From: Octopus sinensis
Taxonomy: Eukaryota
Direction: 5' to 3'
NCBI RefSeq assembly: GCF_006345805.1
Contig: NC_043000.1
Span: forward strand, 12,462,001-12,526,000
Length of the DNA: 64,000 nucleotides
Shown: piece after piece, positions 24,635-37,647 of the stretch
Layout: each line of letters opens with the position of its first letter
Numbering within the stretch: position 1 is the first letter of the stretch
Notes under the pieces: generated by a model
The model's input: only the letters and a program-made list of their open reading frames with translations
Database searches by the model: none
Told to the model about the DNA's origin: nothing
Translations under genes and position numbers: made by a program

Positions 24635-25051
24635 CTGAAAATAAAAGAAAGCAAACATCATGAGCAAATGTCCAGTTAAACCAATCCATTTCAGTGACAT
24701 TGTTAATAGTTTTGTGAAGGGGAAAAATAAAAAATATATAAAAATAAAATTATCAGATTTATTTTCTTAACAATTAAATTTTATTTATCTCAACCAAGTT
24801 AGTCCATATAAATATATTTATGTTTGTAAGCCATCATAGCCAGGCAGCCTTGCAAGGAAAACACGCACACACAGATATACACCCACACACAGGTAGATAG
24901 ATGGTGCACAAACACACAACATAAAATTTATATTTATTTGTTACAAACAGATTGACTCAGAATTAAGTAACTTAACCCTTTAGCGTTCAGATTATTCAGT
25001 TAAATGTAATGCTTAATCTTTCAAATTGTTTTGAATTAATCATGCATAATA

Positions 25052-25432
25052 GGTGCAGGAGTGGCTGTGTGGTAAGTAGCTTGCTTATGAACCACATGGT
25101 TCTAGGTTCAGTTCCACTGTGTGGCACTTTGGGCAAGTATCTTCTACTATAGCCTTGGGCTGACCAAAGCCTTGTGAGTGGATTTGGTAGATGGAAACTG
25201 AAAGAAGCCCATCGTATATATGTATATATATATGTGTGTGTGTATGTGTATATGTTTGTGCGTCTGTGTTTGTCCCCCCAACATCCCTTGACAACCGATG
25301 CTGGTATGTTTACGTCCCCGGTTCAGCAAAAAGAGACTGATAGAATAAGTCCTGGGGTCGATTTGTTCGACTAAAGGCGGTGCTCCAGCATGGCCACAGT
25401 CAAATGACTGGAACAAGTAAAAAGTAAAAAAG
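25052..25432 (+). mobile_element. CORE-like SINE
   Basis: Family match with a small internal deletion. Confidence 0.85.
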
Positions 25433-25627
25433 TATCTCATAGCTTTCAGATTTCACTGATGTGATTGTTTATTTTTAGAATGACATTTCAGGGTAGTTGT
25501 GAAAGGCCAGATCTAGTCACTTTGAATGCAAAACAGGTAGAATATTTAGGCCGGATATGGCCAGTTAAAGGGGTTAAAGTTTCACAGCAATTAGAAATAC
25601 ACTACTCAGTTAACTGCTTCTAAAGAG

Positions 25628-25850
<223 letters not shown>

Positions 25851-25859
25851 AATACTTAC

Positions 25860-25907
25860 TTTTACTTGGCAGGTGAGCAGATTCAATTTTACAGGGTCTT
25901 TACTTTC
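25860..25907 (-). CDS. ASAP: ASAP exon, PH domain ESKDPVKLNLLTCQVK
   Basis: ttcag acceptor, gtaagt donor, 48 nt; KLNLLTCQVK identical to ASAP1. Confidence 0.96.
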
Positions 25908-27334
25908 CTGAAATACAAGAATAACATCAATGAATAGAAACTCAATAACAACAACAATGTTTTCTCACATTCATCCAAGGCTTTACATATATCCCCAGGA
26001 AGTATATTTATTGATTGAATCAACACCAATACATAACTGATACTTTTATTAAACAACAATAATGAAAAGCCACCATTAAGACAATATCAAATCACTCCAT
26101 GATCTGACCACCTTCCACATGACCTAGTGGTAAAAGTGTTACACTCACAATCATAAGACAATGGTTTCAAATCCCAGATCAGGTGGTCCATGATGTTCTT
26201 GAATAAAATACTTCATTTCATGTTGTACAGTTTACTTAACACTACATGAGTTCCAGTAATATCTGGGACACCAACATCCTGTTCATGGGGAATGTTGTAA
26301 TTTCAGTAAATTTAGTGCTATAGAAACCAGGGCTTCGATTCCCACATTGAGTGGTACAAGTATTCCTGAGTATAATGCTTCATTTCATATTGTGCTCAAT
26401 TTTCTCAGCCATAAATGAGTTCCAGCAATTGATGGAAAGTTAACCCTGTGATGGATCAGTATCCCATTCAGGGAAAATGTTGCAATTTCAGTCACTTTAG
26501 CGCCGTGGAAACTGAGTTAAGCTCTGACCTTATGAGTCCTAGGGCTCATGGATAGACTTAAGTCTACAATTCTATATTTCTGAAATGAAATATAGAAATT
26601 GTTGTTTAATAAAAGCACCATTCAATGTGATCATTACCAGCATTGCCTTACTGGCACATGAAAAACAACATTCGAGCGAGTTCGTTGCCAGTGCCGCTTG
26701 AATGGCTCCTGTGCAGGTGGCACATAAAAAACACCATTTGAGTGTAGCCATCACCAGTACCACCTGACTGGCCCTCGTGCCAGTGGCATGTAAAAGCACC
26801 CACTACACTCTCAGAGTGGTTGGCGTTAGGAAGGGCATCCAGCTGTAGAAACACTGCGAGATCAGATTGGAGCCTGGCGCAGCCATCTGGCTTGGCAGTC
26901 CTCAGTCAAACTGTCCAACCCATGCCAGCATGGAAAGTGGACGTTAAACGATGATGAGGAGGAGGAGGAACTTGTATCATGTTCACTGTTTGACATTAGT
27001 CACACTGGTGTCCTCATTTTGATTGTTGCTTTCCAATCAAGATGAGAACACCATGAGGAAATATAGAATTGTATTATCTAATCAGCATGGAACCAACATA
27101 AGACATCAATGAAGGTTTATAAACCTTAAAAATCCACTCTGTCATTCCTTACAGGCATAGCATAGTAGATAAAGGCATTGGTTAATGCAGTGCAGTCACC
27201 TAGAGGCTTTGAGTTCAAGCCTAGGGGGTGATTTGCTCAACTAAAGACGATGCTCCAGCATGGCCACAGTCAAATGACTGAAACAAGTAAAAGAGTAAAA
27301 TAGTAGTAGTAGTAGTAGTAGTAGTAGTACTTAC

Positions 27335-27511
27335 ATCTTGATGACTGATCGACATGGTTCCATCTTTGATGTTACATCTTCTCTTCTGCCACACTCTTCT
27401 CATTCGCCCCTCACTCTTTTTCAGCAGGTAACCCGTTTTCTGACTACCATGGCTTTTGTTGCCCTGAAGCTGGTGAAGGCTGTATCCCGACACTGAACTG
27501 CATGACGAAGG
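27335..27511 (-). CDS. ASAP: ASAP exon, PH domain start PSSCSSVSGYSLHQLQGNKSHGSQKTGYLLKKSEGRMRRVWQKRRCNIKDGTMSISHQD
   Basis: accag acceptor, gtaagt donor, 177 nt phase 0->0; matches GYSMHQLQGNK...GYLLKKS. Confidence 0.96.
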
Positions 27512-27662
27512 CTGGTTAACATAATGAAAAGCACACACACATATATTATATATATAATATATAAATCTTAGGGTAGCAAAAATTTAGAAAAATTCTTTGC
27601 TACCAGTGGTCTAGCAAGAAGAAAAAAACTAGTCAATAAGCTATATATTATTCATATAAAAA

Positions 27663-27925
27663 TACAGTGCACATTTAAACACATAAGAGATGGCCATAAC
27701 CGGACATCTGACTCGCTAGAAAGAGTAGTTAAACTACAAACCACTAAATAGTGGCAATTTCGAAAGGGAATGAAAAATAAAAACAGGAAAAATAGGGTAA
27801 ATGTTTTTATTCCTCATTCCCTTTTGAAATTGCCACTATTTAGTGGTTTGTAGTTTAACTACTCTTTCTAGCGAGTCAGATGTCCTGTTATGGCCATCTC
27901 TTATGTGTTTAAATGTACACTGTAT
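27663..27925. repeat. Fold-back palindrome, ~123-bp arms
   Basis: cacataagagatggccataac ... gttatggccatctcttatgtg. Confidence 0.9.
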
Positions 27926-28947
27926 ATGTGTATATATATATAGATATATATAGATATATATATGTATGTATATATATGATATATTGTATATCAAAATAGC
28001 AATGATGTTTAACTGCGGTATAAGGGCCAGTTTTTTTGTATTGGAGTTGGTAGGGACGAAGGGTGCTTGTGAGGTGTGATGTGTGAGTGGAAGGGGTTGT
28101 GAAGTGTTGGGATTGTGAGGGATGGGTGGGGTTCTGAAGGGGGTGGGAGTTATGAGAGAAATGTGTGAAGCAGGTTGTTAGAGGTGGTAGTTACATGGAA
28201 TGGGACGGGGGTTCGTGGGGAGTAAGGGTGTGAGAGGAGGTGAGGATATGAGGGGGTGGGGTGGTGTGGGGCTGTCAGAGGTGAGAGAGAGAGGGGGTTG
28301 GGGACTGTTGGGGTTGTGCGGAGATGAGGTGAGTGGGTGAAAATGGTGGAAACATGAGGGGGGTAGGGGGCTGTAACAGGAAGGGGATTGTGAGGGATGA
28401 GGGTTGTGAAGGGGTAGGGTGGGGGTTTGAAGGTGGTGAGACACTGAGGAGTAGGTAGATGTTGTAAGTAAACTTAATTTACCCTAAATACTTAGGAGAT
28501 GGAAATATAAAATCAGACTCATCAGGATTTGAAATCAGAACACATTTACTTATAATTAAAAGCAACAAAGTAAATTAGTCAAGTGCTTAATTGATTTTGT
28601 CACTCCCCACTCTTCTTCGTTAATGGTTCCAGATTTTGGCACAAGGCGATCAATTTTGGAGGGTAGGGGCTAGTTGATCACATCAACCCAAGTGTGCAAC
28701 TGGTACTTTATTTCATTGATTCTGAAAGGATAGAAGGCAAAGGTGACCTTGACGGAATTTGAACTCAGAACGTAGAGAGCCAAAACCATTTTGCCTGATG
28801 TGCTAACAATTCTGCCAATTCTCTGCTTTCGTTAATAATCCTTTCTACTAAAGGTACAAGGCCTGACATTTTGGGGGAGGGGATAAGCCGATTACATCGA
28901 CCCCAGTGTTTCACTGGTACTTAATTTATTACTGGTACTTAATTGTA

Positions 28948-29122
28948 GGCATAGGAGTGGCTGTGTGGTAAGTAGCTTGCTTACCAACCACATGGTTCCA
29001 GGTTCATTCCCACTGCATGGCACCTTGGACAAGTGTCTTCTACTATAGCCTCGGGCTGACCAAAGCCTTGTGAGTGGATTTGGTAGACGGAAACTGAAAG
29101 AAGCCTGTCACATATATGTATA

Positions 29123-29179
<57 letters not shown>

Positions 29180-29397
29180 TGTGTGTGTGTATATGTTTGT
29201 GTGTCTGTCTTTGTCTCCCAACATCGCTTGACAACCGATGTTGGTGTGTTTACGTCCCCGTAACTTAGCAGTTCGGCAAAAGAGACCTATAGAATAATTA
29301 CTAGGCTTACAAGAATAAGTCCTGGGGTCGATTTGTTTGACTAAAGGTGGTGCTCCAGCATGGTCACAGTCAAATGACTGAAACAAGTAAAAGAGTA
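28948..29397 (+). mobile_element. CORE-like SINE nested in an older Nin/Deu SINE
   Basis: Family match with expanded (TA)n; host element resumes at ~29400. Confidence 0.85.
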
Positions 29398-29615
29398 ACC
29401 ACAAAAGAATGAAAGGTTAAAGCTGACCTCAGCGGAATTTGAACTCAGAACGTAAAGATAGATGAAATGCCGCCAAACATTTCACCCGCCATGCTAATGA
29501 TCCTGCAAACTTGCCACTTACTGCATTCTTTAATAATTGATTTTAACAAAGGCACAAGACCTGAAAGTTTGCAAGAGTGAGGTAGAATAGTTAATTATAT
29601 CAGATCTAGTACCTG

Positions 29616-29743
29616 ACTCTTTTACTTGTTTCAGTCATTCTTTGTAAGCCTAGTACTTATTCTATCGGTCTCTTTTGCCGAATCGCTAAGTTACAGGAAT
29701 GTAAACACACCAGCATCGGTTGTCAAGCAATGTTGGGGGGACA

Positions 29744-29791
<48 letters not shown>

Positions 29792-29960
29792 GACATATAT
29801 ATGACGGGCTTCTTTCAGTTTCTGTCTACCAAATCCACTCACAAGGCTTTGGTCGGCCCGAGGCTATAGTAGAAGACACTTGTCCAAGGTGCCACGCAGT
29901 GGGACTGAACCCGGAACCATGTGGTTGGTAAGCAAGCTACTTACCACACAGCCACTCCTA
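29616..29960 (-). mobile_element. CORE-like SINE
   Basis: Reverse-complement family match, inverted relative to 28948-29397. Confidence 0.85.
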
Positions 29961-32900
29961 ATTTTTTTTCTTTAGTAACCCCATGAGGGATTTAGAGGAC
30001 CTTGGTGGGATTTGAACACAGAACGTAAAGAACTGAAAGAAATACTGCAAGTCATTTTTTTTCTGATGCTTTGAATTACTCAGTGGAGATAAAATGAGAG
30101 TCAACCTTCATGAGATTTGAACAGAAAAAATATAAAGCAACATGGCTGTGTGGTTAAGATGCTCATTTTGCAACCGTGGGATTTTAGGTTCAATCCCTCT
30201 GCGCAAAACTTTGGGCAAGTGTCTTCTATGATAGCCTCAGCCTGACCAGTGCCTTGTGAGTGAATTTCACAGATGGAAACTGTGTGGAAGCCCATCACGT
30301 GTGTATACATTATATACATATACATACATACAAACACACACGTCTGTGTGTGTCTTTGTGTTTGTCCCTAGCAGCACACTTGACAACCTGGGTTAGTGGT
30401 AACTTAGTGGTTCAGCAAAAAAGACTGATGGCATAAGTATCACACCTAAAAATTAAGTACTGGGGTTGATTTGTTTGACTAAAATTTTCAAAGCGTTGCC
30501 CCAGCATGGCCACAGTTGAATGACTGAAATAAGTTCATTATTTAATTGGCAATGATAAGATGAAACACAATGGTTTTCAGTTGATCACCGTTTTGAGAAT
30601 ATATAAATATATATATATTGGAGGCACAATGGCCCAGTGGTTAGGGCAGCAGACTCGAGGTTGTACAATCGCAGTTTCGATTCCCAGACTGGATGTTGTG
30701 AGTGTTTATTGAGCAAAAACACCTAAAAGCTCCACAAGGCTCTGGCAGAAGTTGGTGGCGATCCCTGCTGTACTCTTTCACCACAACTTTCTCTCACTCT
30801 TTCTTCTGTTGGCCTGCTCGCTTAGCCAGCGGGGTGGCGTCATTTGAAGGCTAAAACAATGTGAAGCACATTGTGACCAGCGATGTGTAGCAACATCTGA
30901 TAGCCTGGTCAGTCATGTGATATATATATATATTATGAGTTTCCACACAGTGTCCATCTACAAAATTCGCTCACAAGGCATTGGTCAGCCTGGGGATGTA
31001 GTAGAAGGTGCCGCACAGTGGGATTGAACCCAAAACCACATGGTTGCAAAGTGAGCTTGTTAACCACACAGCCATGCCTGTGTCTATGTCTACACACAGA
31101 CAATAGGTTACATCATGGACTGCGATAAAATGTGATGCTCAAAGTTAATAATCAGAAAGTAAAGAACAAACAGTGACATGAAAAATACACAATTTGGTTG
31201 AAAAAAATTGGCCGGAAAAGTAATGAAGGATTATCAAAGAACACTTGGAAGATTGAAAAAAAAAAAATATTATTTTTTTTTAAAATTTAAAGGAAAATGG
31301 ATTAAGTATTGGAAAACAGAAATAAACACACACAAAAAAAAAAAAAATTGAAAAGCCGCGGTAACAACATGAACAACAATTAATGAATTAATTGAAGCTG
31401 CAAAAATAATTAACAACAGCAATAACAACAGCAACAACACTTAATCGAAATTGAAACTCAAAGTTTGTCTTAGCCAGTTCCCTTTAGCCACTCACCATTT
31501 GTCATCATCATCATAGCTGTTGTCATCATCTTTATCATCATCATTATCACCACCACCACCACCACCACCATCATTATCATAATCATCGTTGTTGTCATCA
31601 CTGACGTCTTGTCATCGTCATCTTTATTATCCTCATCATCATCATCTTAATCATCATCATCATCGTTGTTATTATTGTTATCATCATCACCACCACCATC
31701 ATCACTACTGTCATGTTTTTATTGTTATCATCACATTTGTCACCATTTCTGCCACTTCAACATTTTTTCTTTAACACATAGTCTTCAAACAGCATCTTCC
31801 ATCTCTTCCTATGCTGGCAGCCAACTGTACAGCCCTAGGTCACTTCTATCCATACATCAGTTTTATCATAAATACGACTATCTCACATCAACCCATAAGC
31901 CAGCATGAGTGGGGGTGCAGTATAACACCATACATGTCAGAAGCATAACTTGATTGTTATAGCATTCACAAAAACCAAAATACAAAAAGCATTCATAACA
32001 TTCAAACAGCCCATCATAACATCAAAATATAAGCCTTCAAAGCATCCAAATAGTTGTTTAGGGTGTGCAAAACATTCCTTCACAGCATCAAAACAAGCCT
32101 TCATAACATACAAACAAGCCATCTGCAACATTCAAATACAGCCCTTTGTAACATCCATTGTGAAATCCAAATATGCTTTTGCAGTATCCAAACAGTGCCA
32201 TTTTAAAATCTAATCTTTGGTAATGTCCAAACAAGCCATTCATAACCATCAGATAAGACTTGGGATTATCAGATTTGGGATTAGAGATTAAGCTCCAAAA
32301 ATATAGCAGTAAAAGTAGTATTGAAATGATGATGATGATGATGATGATAATGATGATTTCTTTTATTTGTCACAGGGGCAAAGATGAGGAGGACATCACA
32401 CAAGGACAGTCTACAATTTGTGTAGGGGTTTATATAAAAGATAAGAAAAAGATGATGAAATGAGATAAAATTATACACAGAATGCAAACTATGTGAACAT
32501 GTGTATTATGAGGTTTTCTTGATATAGGAGAGCCAATCCAACTGTGGCCAATCAAGGAATCCCCACAGATCTAGGATTACCCTGATCATGAAATGCACAA
32601 ACCTTCCCCCAACTGTTGTTCTCCAATCTATAGGCACATGCTTAGGGGGCTCATTCACCCTAATCATTTTGGCCACAGTCACCCACCTTTTGAAAAATTC
32701 ACTGGAAGAGAGCACTTCCATCACCAAGTGGAACTTAAAAGGTCAATGAGAGTTTGATTGATGGGAAAAGTATCATTTCTTAATCCTCTCAGACTCATCC
32801 ACTAGACAACCTCTTTCACCATAGCCACTAAACAGAGGAACACCGGCCAACCCTGTCTTATTAAAAGTGTTGGGGTGTTCCTCATGTAGGACTTGGCTGG

Positions 32901-33592
32901 TAGTCAGATTGTCCCACATGCGACAACAGCTGTGGATCTTCAAGTTGCCACACGCATTCTTGGTAGCTTAGAGTAGGCTCAAGTTAGAGATTATTCTTTG
33001 TGGCTAATGGCGTGAGTCCTGATTAGAAGAAGAAGAAAACAGCTGTTTGACGTTACTCCACAAGTCAACAATGATTGGACATAATACAAATGCATGCAAT
33101 ATGGTTTTGTCACTTTGCATGCATCTCAGGCAGCTCCACTTAGCACCACTTCTCTGCTTGAAGAGTTTATCACAAACTGGCAGTGCTCCTAAGTAGCATT
33201 GCCAAGCCAGGGATTTCAGGATGTTATGAAGTTAATCATGGTAGTTCCTAGCCTGAAAGTCCAGATATTTTGGCCTCATTGACACTGAAAGTTTCCCCAA
33301 GAAGGTCATTGCTTTTATCTACCACTAGATTTCTATATATTACTAATGTAGAACTTCCACCAACAACATTACCCAACTGATAGAGAGTGGTGAGCACCTG
33401 ACAACATTTCAGGTGCTAGGTGCCTTTCTGTTATAGGGACAAGACATGGAATTTTGGGGAAGAGGTTAGCCAATTACATTGACCCTGAAAGGATGAAAGG
33501 CAAAGTCAACTTCGGTGGAATTTGAATTCAGAACATAAAGACAGATAATATGATGCATAAAGACAAGTGATATGAACATAAATACAGATGTG

Positions 33593-33626
<34 letters not shown>

Positions 33627-34989
33627 GAGTTTCCACACAGTGTCCGTCTACAAAATTCGCTCACAAGGCATTGGTCAGCCTGGGGATGTAGTAGAAAGTA
33701 CTTGCCCAAGATGTAGCACAGTTGGATTGAATCCCAAACCACATGGTTGCAAAGTGAGCTTGTTAACCACACAGCCATGCCTGTGTTTATGTTATGCTAA
33801 TGATTCTGCCAGCTTGCAACCTTAATAATAATAATAATAATAATAATCCTTTCTACTTTAGACACAAGTTGAACACTGGGCTTGACGTAATTGACCCCAG
33901 TGTTCAACTGGTACTTATTTTATTGACCTTGAGAAGATGAAAGGCAAAGTCAATCTAGGCGGAATTTGAACTCAGAACATAAAGATGGACAAAATGTAAC
34001 TATGCATTTTGCCCAGCACAAAAACAATTTTGCCGGCTCACCACCTTGATGATGATGATGATGATGATGATGGTAAGTTGCATAAAGAAAGGAAAAATAA
34101 GCACAAAATAAACAAACAGCAACAATGTGTTATGGCTGATAGAGTTTTTGTATATGAAGGTAAGTCATTAGAATTAGTATCTGAAGCTCCAGGAGGCACC
34201 AATCCATTGCACATCAGGAACTGAGGTTTATTGGTCTTCTCTTCTAGCATTGATTGGATACTTGCATTCATTTTCTATATCTGGGGTTATATTTCCTAGC
34301 TGGTGGGGAGCCCCTTTTATATGACAATAACCAATATCAATCAACTGTTTGTATGGTACCTTGTTTTCATCTTATAGGATGAGGGTCAAGACCCCCTTTG
34401 GTCACAAATGACCATGGAATTGCACCTAGAAAGTTCCCCTTCGAGGTACAAGGCCAGGCGAGGTTGTTTGTGGAAGGCCAGCAGTTTCCCATGCATACCT
34501 ATTTCTTTACTACCCACAAGGGGCTAAACATCAGAGAGGACAAACAAGGACAGAAAAATGGATTAAGTCAATTATATCGACCCCAGTGCTTAACTGGTAT
34601 GTATTTAATCGACCCCGAAAGGATGAAAGGCAAAGTCGACCTCGGAGGAATTTGAACTCAGAATGTAGCGGCAGATGAAATACTGCTAAGCATTTTGCCC
34701 GGTGTGCTAACAATTCTGCCAGCTCGCCACCTTAGTTTCCCATACATACCAGCCTCTCTCCTTCGTACCGCCAAGGGAAAGGCAAAAGTTGATACAGCTT
34801 GGCATCAGCAGCGTCGCAATTCATTTCTACAGCTAAGTGAACTGGAACAACATGAAATACAGTGTCTTGCACAAGAACACATCACATAGCCTGGTGTGGA
34901 AATTGAATTCACAACCTCACAATTGTAAACCCGAGGCTCTAACCACTGAGCTATGCACTTTCACATCTTATAGAATATGTCCTACATAT

Positions 34990-35824
34990 ATTACATTTTC
35001 AATATTATACACATATGCACACACATACATGCTCACATACAAACACATATGCACATATAAAAATGCATATGCATACTCACAAACACACATGCACACATAC
35101 AAACACATGCATACACACAAACACACACACAAACACATGGACACACAAACACACATGCATACACATGCACACACACAAACACATGCACACACACAAACAC
35201 ATGCACACACACAAACACACATGCACACACACAAACACACATGCATACACACAAACACACATGCATACACACAAACACACATGCACACACACAAACACAC
35301 ATGCACACATACAAACACATGGACACACATACAAACACACATGCATACACACAAACACATGGACACACATACAAACACACATGCACACACACAAACACAT
35401 GCACACACACAAACACACATGCACACACACAAACACACATGCACACATACAAACACACATGCATACACACAAACACACATGCACACACACAAACACATGG
35501 ACACACATACAAACACACATGCACACACACAAACACATGGACACACACAAACACACATGCACACACACAAACACACATGTACATACATGCAAATCAAACA
35601 TACATTATACACACATACAAACACATGTGCACACTCAAACAACATATGCAAATACATATGCCCACACACAAAGACACACACACACAAACAAATATGCACA
35701 CACACACAAACACACATGCGCAAATGCAAACACATGCATACACACAAACACACATGCACACACACACACACACATGCACACATACAAACACACATGCACA
35801 CACACAACACACACACACACACCA

Positions 35825-35862
<38 letters not shown>

Positions 35863-35880
35863 ACACACACACACAGAGGA
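34990..35880. repeat. Compound (CA)-derived satellite
   Basis: cacacacaaacacacatg-like units; explains the long His/Thr and Cys/Val ORFs. Confidence 0.9.
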
Positions 35881-37436
35881 CATAAACTGCCTATGCAAAT
35901 AGAGAAAATAGACATGGACATTGACAATATAACAATTGCCTTTGGTCTTTACATCTTGTTTTAAATCACTGCAAAAAAAACAAAACATTCAACAACAAAA
36001 ATCAACACCACCATCAACACCAACACAGCCAACACTGCAGCAACAACAATAACAACAACAACAACAAAAATGAAAAAAAAAAAAAAACCCAATTGTAAAC
36101 CCATCTTGTTCAGTAACATGGCTACGTTATTCTCATTGTTAAAACAATCTGAACCAACTCTTGTTACATTTACAGCATCAAATTGTCCAAAACTGATGAT
36201 GTAAAACTAGTGTTGATCAGATAGTGAAGTAGACAGAGAGGTAGGAAAGAAAGAAAGAGGAAAGAAACAAAGAAAGATATAGAAAGAAAGAAAGACAGAC
36301 AGACAGACAGATAGATAGATAGATAGATAGATTTCTTTATTAGCCATACAGGACTGCACACAGACGGGACAAATTACAAGGCAGAGCTTTTCTTGGGTGT
36401 GGGGTAGGTTTTCGATCAAAAGGGATGGTAAAGAAAGAGAAAAGAAAGAAGAAAAAAAACGATCAATAGGGATCATGTATCACAGAAATGTCATGATATA
36501 AAGTGTAAAGGGGGAAACAGATAAGGTTTATCCGTGGAAAGAAAAGCCTACGGAAAAGACCACGGTAACCTCAGTCAATAATGTCACATGTTAACACATT
36601 TATTGCAAGTAAGTAACTCTGTGTTTTAAATTTTTCCGGGATCATAGGATCGTACTCAAGGTGGCTTCGTCATTCATACGTGCCATCCTTGCTACTTGCT
36701 ACTATCTATCCTTGATAGATAGATAGATAGATAGGTTTGAAGGTGGACAGAGAGAGAGACCAGTAGACAGAATGACAGACAGATAAATATACAGATGTAG
36801 AAATGGATGAATGCATTGATGGATGGGTGAGGGGATAGTTTGAATGAGTCGGATGGTAAATAAGTAGATAGATAAATAGATTGGCAGATAGTTATAGAGA
36901 TAGACATAGACTTATACAAAGACACAGGAAAATAAATGAAATGAATAAATAAATAATTTAGAAAATGTAAGATGTGTTGAGTAGTTGCACATATACTTAA
37001 TTTAGTGAGAAGATACATGTGATTACACTAAAATAGTTTTGCAAACTTGAAGATAATTTTGAAAAAGTTGAGAAGTAAAACATATCTATAATTGGTTTAT
37101 ATACACCCTGTCAAAGACATTATGTAAATCTGCTAATTTTATATATACTCAGTCAGGGACCTTCAATATATATCATTGGTTTTTATATATATATATATAT
37201 ATGAGCAAAACACCCCTGGTCCAATGGACGGTGCTGAGTTGTCAAACATTTAAACCAAATTTTCTCAAAACAACTTGTCCGACCATCCCATAGCCGCCCC
37301 CCCCCCTTTGAGAAACACTGATTTAACCTAAATTTGAGACACCAGCAAAAGAAGAAATAAAAATATTCCAAAGAAAAACAATTTTCTGCACACAAATATG
37401 CAACCGAAGAGTTTAAAGTACCAGTAAGTACATTGC

Positions 37437-37647
37437 AACAGCTGATGTACTTGCGCATACAAATGCACGTTCCCACAGCTTTATCGATCACATTCTCACC
37501 TGGAATCGATTTTTGTAATTTTTTCAAGACTTATACACGCCCTGATACCATTGGTATCTACATATCAAATTTGAGCGCAATTGGATGGAGGATGTCCGAG
37601 ATACTAGGAGACACACACACAGACAGAACGGATTTTATATAATAGAT
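37437..37647 (-). mobile_element. Possible short non-autonomous Helitron
   Basis: 5' atctattatataaaa; 3' gcgca/tgcac hairpin followed by a degenerate cagctg. Confidence 0.35.

Noticed and set aside
28178-28444. Pro-rich ORF as a possible ASAP exon
   Set aside because: Wrong position for the Pro-rich domain, no good splice sites, and explained by G/C strand skew
34134-34165. Plus-strand ATG...GAAG|gtaagt mini first exon (MADRVFVYE)
   Set aside because: No downstream partner exon or promoter evidence; such motifs occur by chance
34837-35988. Long His/Thr-rich and Cys/Val-rich ORFs (up to 375 aa) in several frames
   Set aside because: They are products of a CA-derived satellite, which is open in multiple frames on both strands
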